Part shown: positions 27,739 through 32,000 of the stretch, piece by piece
Numbering within the stretch: the stretch's first letter is position 1
Layout of the letters: each line of letters starts with the position of its first letter
Notes under the pieces: model-generated
Seen by the model: the letters and a program-made list of their open reading frames with translations, nothing else
What the model was told of the DNA's origin: nothing
Databases searched by the model: none
Assembly (NCBI GenBank): GCA_025340205.1
Contig: CP006868.1
Span: 390,001-422,000, forward strand
DNA length: 32,000 bases
Direction: 5' to 3'
Origin: Ignicoccus pacificus DSM 13166
Lineage (GTDB): Archaea; Thermoproteota; Thermoprotei_A; Sulfolobales; Ignicoccaceae
Program-made: the position numbers and the translations under genes

Positions 27739-28185
27739 TTGCCGTACACGTGCATCTCCGTGGAGGACAGCTTTCCCGCCGCTCATTACACCAACCCTAG
27801 GCTATCTCCAGCCGGGACCCTCCACGGCCACAACTGGAGGGTGAGGGTGACAGTCTGCAAGGAAGGGAGGAGCGGATGGGTGATAGACGCGGTGAAGCTA
27901 AAGGAGAAGCTTAAGGAGATAATAGACCCCTTCCGCTTCAGCTTGATAGTTCCGGAAACCGATGCTAAGACTTGGCTCGCTCCTGAGGGCCTTAGGGAGA
28001 TCATCGAGGAGAACATAGGAGTTAAGGTTAGGATAGCGGTCCTCCCGTATCCCTTGGTCTCAGCTGAGACCTTTGCACACTACGTCCACAGCAGGCTGAG
28101 CGAGGAGATCAGCTGCGACTGCTTGAAGGTGGAGGTGGAGGAGTCTCCGGGGGAGATGGCGACCTACGACGAGTGCCTCCAGTAA
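27739..28185 (+). CDS. 6-pyruvoyl-tetrahydropterin synthase / QueD family protein
   Basis: 'DSFPAAHYTNPRLSPAGTLHGHNWRVRVTV...GWVIDAVKLKEKLKEIIDPFRFSLIVPET', 'PLVSAETFAHYVHSRLSEEI', 'VEVEESPGEMATY'. Confidence 0.88.
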   Translation: MPYTCISVEDSFPAAHYTNPRLSPAGTLHGHNWRVRVTVCKEGRSGWVIDAVKLKEKLKEIIDPFRFSLIVPETDAKTWLAPEGLREIIEENIGVKVRIAVLPYPLVSAETFAHYVHSRLSEEISCDCLKVEVEESPGEMATYDECLQ

Positions 28186-28195
28186 AGGTGGTCCC

Positions 28196-29095
28196 TTGAA
28201 AGCCCTTTTCTATGTTTTAGGAACTTCGGCCGCTACTCCCAAGCCGAAGAGGGCCTTACCTTCCTACTACTTCGAGCACGAGGGAATAGGAATCTTAATG
28301 GACTGCGGAGAGGGGACTCAGTTTCAAGTGATGAAGGCCGGAATAGGCTTTTCCAAGATAAAGGTAATAGCAATCTCTCACAACCATGGAGATCATTTGC
28401 TTGGCCTTCCGGGCCTGATAGAGACAATGAGCATGGGGAGCAGGAAGGAGGACTTGTTAATAATAGGTCCTCCCGGAATCAAGGAGTTCCTAGAGGTCAG
28501 CTTCAAGGTAACCACCTTTGCTCCCTCATTCAAGGTCTACGTCCTTGAGATAACCGAGGAGGTGGAGGTTCCCCTAAGGGGGATCAAGCTCAAGATGTTC
28601 CCTGTAAAGCACCACGGCTATTCCTTTGGGATAAGGGTAGAGACGGTTCCGAAGAGGAAGGTGAACAAGGAGAAGCTGGAGGAGCTGGGAGTTCCCAAGA
28701 GGCTCTGGGGAAGGCTTCAGCAAGGGGAGGAGGTGGAGTGGAAGGGAAGGGTCCTCAAGCCGGAGGAGTTCACTTGGCAGCCTCAAGGGATAAAGGTGGT
28801 CTACAGCGGGGACACCGCCCCTTGCGAGAGGGTAATAGAAGAGGCTAGGGGAGCGGACCTATTGGTTCACGAAGCCACCTTCTTGAGCGACATGGAGGAG
28901 GAAGCTCATGAAAGGGGACATTCCACAGCTAAGGACGCTGGGATTATTGCTTCTGAAGCTAAGGTCAAGATGCTATTGCTGACCCACTACTCCAGCAGGT
29001 ATGAGGACTTGAGGAGGCACTTAGATGAAGCTAGGAGGTTCTTTGAGTATGCTTATTTAGCTCAAGACTTGATGAAGGTGGTTATCAAAAAGTGA
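28196..29095 (+). CDS. rnz: tRNase Z (ribonuclease Z)
   Basis: 'VLGTSAATPKPKRALPSYYFEHEGIGILMDCGEGTQFQVMKAGIGFSKIKVIAISHNHGDHLLGLPGLIETMSM', 'KHHGYSFGIRV', 'VVYSGDTAPCERV', 'GHSTAKDAGIIASEAKVKMLLLTHYSSRY'. Confidence 0.95.
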   Translation: MKALFYVLGTSAATPKPKRALPSYYFEHEGIGILMDCGEGTQFQVMKAGIGFSKIKVIAISHNHGDHLLGLPGLIETMSMGSRKEDLLIIGPPGIKEFLEVSFKVTTFAPSFKVYVLEITEEVEVPLRGIKLKMFPVKHHGYSFGIRVETVPKRKVNKEKLEELGVPKRLWGRLQQGEEVEWKGRVLKPEEFTWQPQGIKVVYSGDTAPCERVIEEARGADLLVHEATFLSDMEEEAHERGHSTAKDAGIIASEAKVKMLLLTHYSSRYEDLRRHLDEARRFFEYAYLAQDLMKVVIKK

Positions 29096-29833
29096 TCATG
29101 GGAGGAGGTAGAGGTAGAGGAGGGCTATTACATCTCCAGTAGAGGGACAGAAGGGTAGGTAGACGTTGCTGTCCTCATTGTACGCCCTAGCCCTTATTGC
29201 AGCTACCAAGGCCTCAGCTACCCTGAAGGCTTTTTCGTCTCCCTTTAGCATGTCAGTGTAGGCAGCTGCTAGGAGGAGGGCTCCGTTCTTGATTTCGTTA
29301 GGGTCATTACCGAAAGCATTTTTGAGGGCGTTGTAGAGTTTCTTGGCTTTGGCCTCGTCGTAGCAAGTATCACAAAGGTTCTTCACTTTACTACAAATTT
29401 CACCTACCTTAATTTGATGGCCATTGTAAGTTACTTCAACGTCTTCGACGTTGTTCTCTTTTAGTTCTTTGAGGATTTTTGCAAATTTATCCTTGAGACT
29501 TAAATCAGTATGGTTAATGTTATTCATTATACTTTCTACCATATTTTCGAACACTTCCCTTAACCCATTTTCATCAAGCGTCACCTCATGTCCATTGATG
29601 TCTTTTACCTTTATTATTCCGTTTCTTGGTAAGAGTAACTTTTTGAGAATCTCTTTTATGGTATTAACTTGATTATATTGGCAATTCTCGATAGAGATTA
29701 TGTCCCTAATCCTAGCATTCGTGTTACCATTGTCAGTATTTGGACATCCAATTTTAATTGAGATTTCATCATCGTTTTTGAAGAGAACTATTGTTACTTC
29801 ACTATTCTCTATAAGTTCGTGTAAGAAACTCAT
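29096..29833 (-). CDS. Uncharacterised protein divergent from the cmr operon
   Basis: 245 aa, AT-rich, Asn/Glu/Lys-rich, no recognisable catalytic motif. C-terminal helical part contains 'CSKVKNLCDTC'. Its stop codon abuts the rnz stop. Confidence 0.6.
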   Translation of the reverse strand: MSFLHELIENSEVTIVLFKNDDEISIKIGCPNTDNGNTNARIRDIISIENCQYNQVNTIKEILKKLLLPRNGIIKVKDINGHEVTLDENGLREVFENMVESIMNNINHTDLSLKDKFAKILKELKENNVEDVEVTYNGHQIKVGEICSKVKNLCDTCYDEAKAKKLYNALKNAFGNDPNEIKNGALLLAAAYTDMLKGDEKAFRVAEALVAAIRARAYNEDSNVYLPFCPSTGDVIALLYLYLLP

Positions 29834-29886
29834 CTCTTTCTCTCCTCACCCTAGTCCTATCCTCTCAAAGTTATATCCTCTTCGAC

Positions 29887-29911
29887 CCTTATAGTAAATG
29901 GGAATATAAGG
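29887..29911. promoter_or_regulatory. Perfect 7-bp dyad upstream of cmr4, possible operator or promoter element
   Basis: CCTTATA-GTAAATGGGAA-TATAAGG in the divergent intergenic region, 33 bp upstream of the cmr4 start. Confidence 0.35.
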
Positions 29912-29943
29912 CGAGAGCGTTCCATACCTTTGGGTAAGCGAAC

Positions 29944-30882
29944 TTGCCTCCAAAAGGGGCTGAAGACTTAGCCTTGAACCTTATGATAGCATTGACGCAG
30001 ATACACGTAGGCATAGGTCGAGCTCCCGGAGCGGTGGACCTCCCAATAGCTAGAGACGCCTTCGGTTTGCCCTATATCCCCGCGAGCTCTATTAAGGGAA
30101 CAATAAAGTCGGCTTGTATTAGAACGTTCAATTGTAGTAGGGAAAACGCTAAGGAGTGTCCATGTCTCCAAATATATGGAAGAGATCCAAGGCTTGAGGA
30201 TGAGGTCAGCAGCGAGAACTCTTATCTGAGCCCGGTGAACTTCACAGATGCGTTCCTCTTGCTATTTCCCGTAAGGGTAGACTCACCTAAGGAGGGTCTT
30301 AGGTATGGCTATGTAACCTCCATGTTCAGCTTGAACAAGTTCGCTACACAAATACTCCCATTCTTAAGCAAGGAAGGAAAAGAATGGAATTTGAAGTGCT
30401 GGGTCGAGGATTCAGAGTTCAGCGGCTATCTCAACGACGTTTACATAGGCGAGGTTCGGGGCACTCTCCGCCTCTCAGAGGTACCTTATATCAATGCTAT
30501 CCTTGAACGCCTAGATGTTCCTATTGTCAAGTACTTACTTCAAAGGGGAGACATCTACGTTCTGAAGGATAACGATTTCAAGGAGGTGGTGGAAGCCGGA
30601 ATCGTTAGACAGACAAGAGTAAGGCTTGACTTCGTTAGGAAGACCGTACAGAGGGGAGCCTTGTGGACCGAGGAGTACCTTCCGGAAGGAGCTGTCTTTA
30701 GCTTCCTAACTGTGACAAAGACCGTCCTAGCAAGGAACGTAATCGTTGAAGCATCAAGGGCTATGAACGATCATGAAGAGGTTCTTAGGGAGAACTTATT
30801 TACATTCGAGATAGGTGGAAAGGAAACCATAGGTAAGGGGATGGTGAGGGTAGTTGAGGGGCCTAGAGTCTGTTGCCTATGA
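29944..30882 (+). CDS. cmr4: Type III-B CRISPR RAMP protein Cmr4
   Basis: 'IHVGIGRAPGAVDLPIARDAFGLPYIPASSIKGTIKSACIRTF...CLQIYGRDP', 'LSPVNFTDAFLLLFPVRVDSPKEGLRYGYVTSMFSLNKFA'. Confidence 0.9.
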   Translation: MPPKGAEDLALNLMIALTQIHVGIGRAPGAVDLPIARDAFGLPYIPASSIKGTIKSACIRTFNCSRENAKECPCLQIYGRDPRLEDEVSSENSYLSPVNFTDAFLLLFPVRVDSPKEGLRYGYVTSMFSLNKFATQILPFLSKEGKEWNLKCWVEDSEFSGYLNDVYIGEVRGTLRLSEVPYINAILERLDVPIVKYLLQRGDIYVLKDNDFKEVVEAGIVRQTRVRLDFVRKTVQRGALWTEEYLPEGAVFSFLTVTKTVLARNVIVEASRAMNDHEEVLRENLFTFEIGGKETIGKGMVRVVEGPRVCCL

Positions 30883-30883
30883 C

Positions 30884-31456
30884 ATGAGCGTTGCAGCTTG
30901 CAAGATGTTGGGTGCCCTTGCCAGCTCTTGTGATACCAGAAACGTGAAGGACTATCCAGACAGCTTGTACAGCAGGGCCAGAAGCGCTCCCCAGCTCATG
31001 GCCACTTGGGGGCCGGCCCACTTCTTGATCTTCTATGCATCTAAGAGCTTGGATGATATCGACTCGAGAAGGGCAGAATTCCTTTGGAGAGCATGGAAAA
31101 GTGTAATGATGGGAAGGGATAGGGAGGAAGTGAAGGGATTTGTAGCGTGTGAGATAGTTAGTAAGATTAGCGACACCTCGATGGGCTACCTCCTCTATAC
31201 GTTAGCGCTCTCAGAGGCTATAGTTAGGCTGATGGAAAGGGAACAGAACTTCGGAAGACTAGATGAGCTATTCGATTTCGTAATAAGGCTTTACGTTAAG
31301 CCGGAGGAAGGGAAGGAGCTGGGAGCTCCCAGCGTCGGAACGCTGAACCTCTTAGTCCAGACGCTCAGCAGACTAATTGAAACTAAGGTCCTACCAATAG
31401 TAAATACAAGAGGTACAGATGCCAAGATAGAATACATGATTCAAAACTGCTGGTGA
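30884..31456 (+). CDS. cmr5: Type III-B CRISPR protein Cmr5
   Basis: 'DSLYSRARSAPQLMATWGPAHFLIFYASKS' matches the Cmr5 helical pattern. Sits directly between cmr4 and a Cmr1-like gene. ATG 30884 is preferred over TTG 30854. Confidence 0.75.
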   Translation: MSVAACKMLGALASSCDTRNVKDYPDSLYSRARSAPQLMATWGPAHFLIFYASKSLDDIDSRRAEFLWRAWKSVMMGRDREEVKGFVACEIVSKISDTSMGYLLYTLALSEAIVRLMEREQNFGRLDELFDFVIRLYVKPEEGKELGAPSVGTLNLLVQTLSRLIETKVLPIVNTRGTDAKIEYMIQNCW

Positions 31457-31460
31457 GAAC

Positions 31461-32000
31461 ATGCAAGAAATCCTAGCAGATGTTGAGAACCTCTATGAAA
31501 CTGAAATGAAGAAAGAGGATATAGTAAACGTTGAAATGGAGAACTTAACTCCAGCGTTAGTGGGAGGGTGGACTGGCCATTCCATAATCGATCCAGAAAG
31601 GTGCTTAGCGGAGGGAGTCAGGCCTACCGACATAGCTGGTAAGCTGAGGTGGTGGCTGAGGGCTGCTATAGCTGGAGCGATATACGAGAAGATGTTAAGA
31701 GAAAAGTGTGGAGACGATCTAGATTGTGTAGGTAGAGAGCTTCCTACTTTGAGGAAGATAAATGAGATAGCTGGAGAGATACTGATGGGATACGTTATAG
31801 GAAGCAGAGCCCTCGCATCTAAGATATCGATAATCGTTGAGGGAAATGATGAAAGGCCTAGAGTTGAGTGTAGAAATCCGAAGGTTAGGAGAAAGACAAG
31901 GAATTGTGAGAGCTATGATAGGGATTACTACAGAGGCGAGTGTGATGAGTTGGCAAAAGAATCACCACGAGTTGCCTTGAGAATTAGCGGATGTGAAAAG
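31461..32000 (+). CDS. cmr1: Cmr1-like RAMP protein (partial, runs off the window); not in the supplied ORF track
   Basis: Open frame from ATG 31461: 'MQEILADVENLYETEMKKEDIVNVEMENLTPALVGGWTGHSIIDPERCLAEGVRPTDIAGKLRWWLRAAIAGAIYEKML...'. 'RPTDIAGKLRWWLRA' is the Cmr1-type signature. Confidence 0.8.
   Translation, partial: MQEILADVENLYETEMKKEDIVNVEMENLTPALVGGWTGHSIIDPERCLAEGVRPTDIAGKLRWWLRAAIAGAIYEKMLREKCGDDLDCVGRELPTLRKINEIAGEILMGYVIGSRALASKISIIVEGNDERPRVECRNPKVRRKTRNCESYDRDYYRGECDELAKESPRVALRISGCEK

Overview
This window looks like a chromosomal segment of a hyperthermophilic crenarchaeon. Gene content and the dense, often overlapping layout suggest Desulfurococcales, possibly Ignicoccus-like; that placement is inference. 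Ordinary genes include the C-terminal part of a radical SAM protein, tRNA-Ser(GGA), VapBC, lysK, two EamA transporters, an AAA ATPase, a cupin-type glucose-6-phosphate isomerase, hmgA, a TauE/SafE permease, gatC, cutA, a GNAT acetyltransferase, a group 3-like [NiFe] hydrogenase small subunit, aIF1, an MBL-fold protein, a QueD/PTPS homologue and tRNase Z. Two things are absent from the supplied ORF track: a small rpo12/rpoP gene at 20084-20236, and the 5' part of a Cmr1-like RAMP gene that runs off the window end. The most interesting items are: (1) a CRISPR array at 15156 with 26-nt repeats, ten identical units followed by an orderly gradient of decaying repeats; (2) a type III-B operon start (cmr4-cmr5-cmr1) at 29.9-32 kb, divergent from an unknown 245-aa protein, with a 7-bp perfect dyad upstream of cmr4; (3) two pilin-like genes divergent from a 1520-aa protein that also begins with a type IV-pilin-like N-terminus; (4) an orphan hydrogenase small subunit coupled to an apparently internally duplicated, cysteine-containing unknown protein; (5) a well-formed C/D box sRNA candidate in the lysK leader; (6) lysK interrupted by an apparent +1 frameshift; (7) an AT-rich beta-propeller, methyltransferase and VapBC block directly downstream of tRNA-Ser. 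No single feature can be proven to be a new system from sequence alone. Candidates (2), (3) and (4) are the ones most worth following up.
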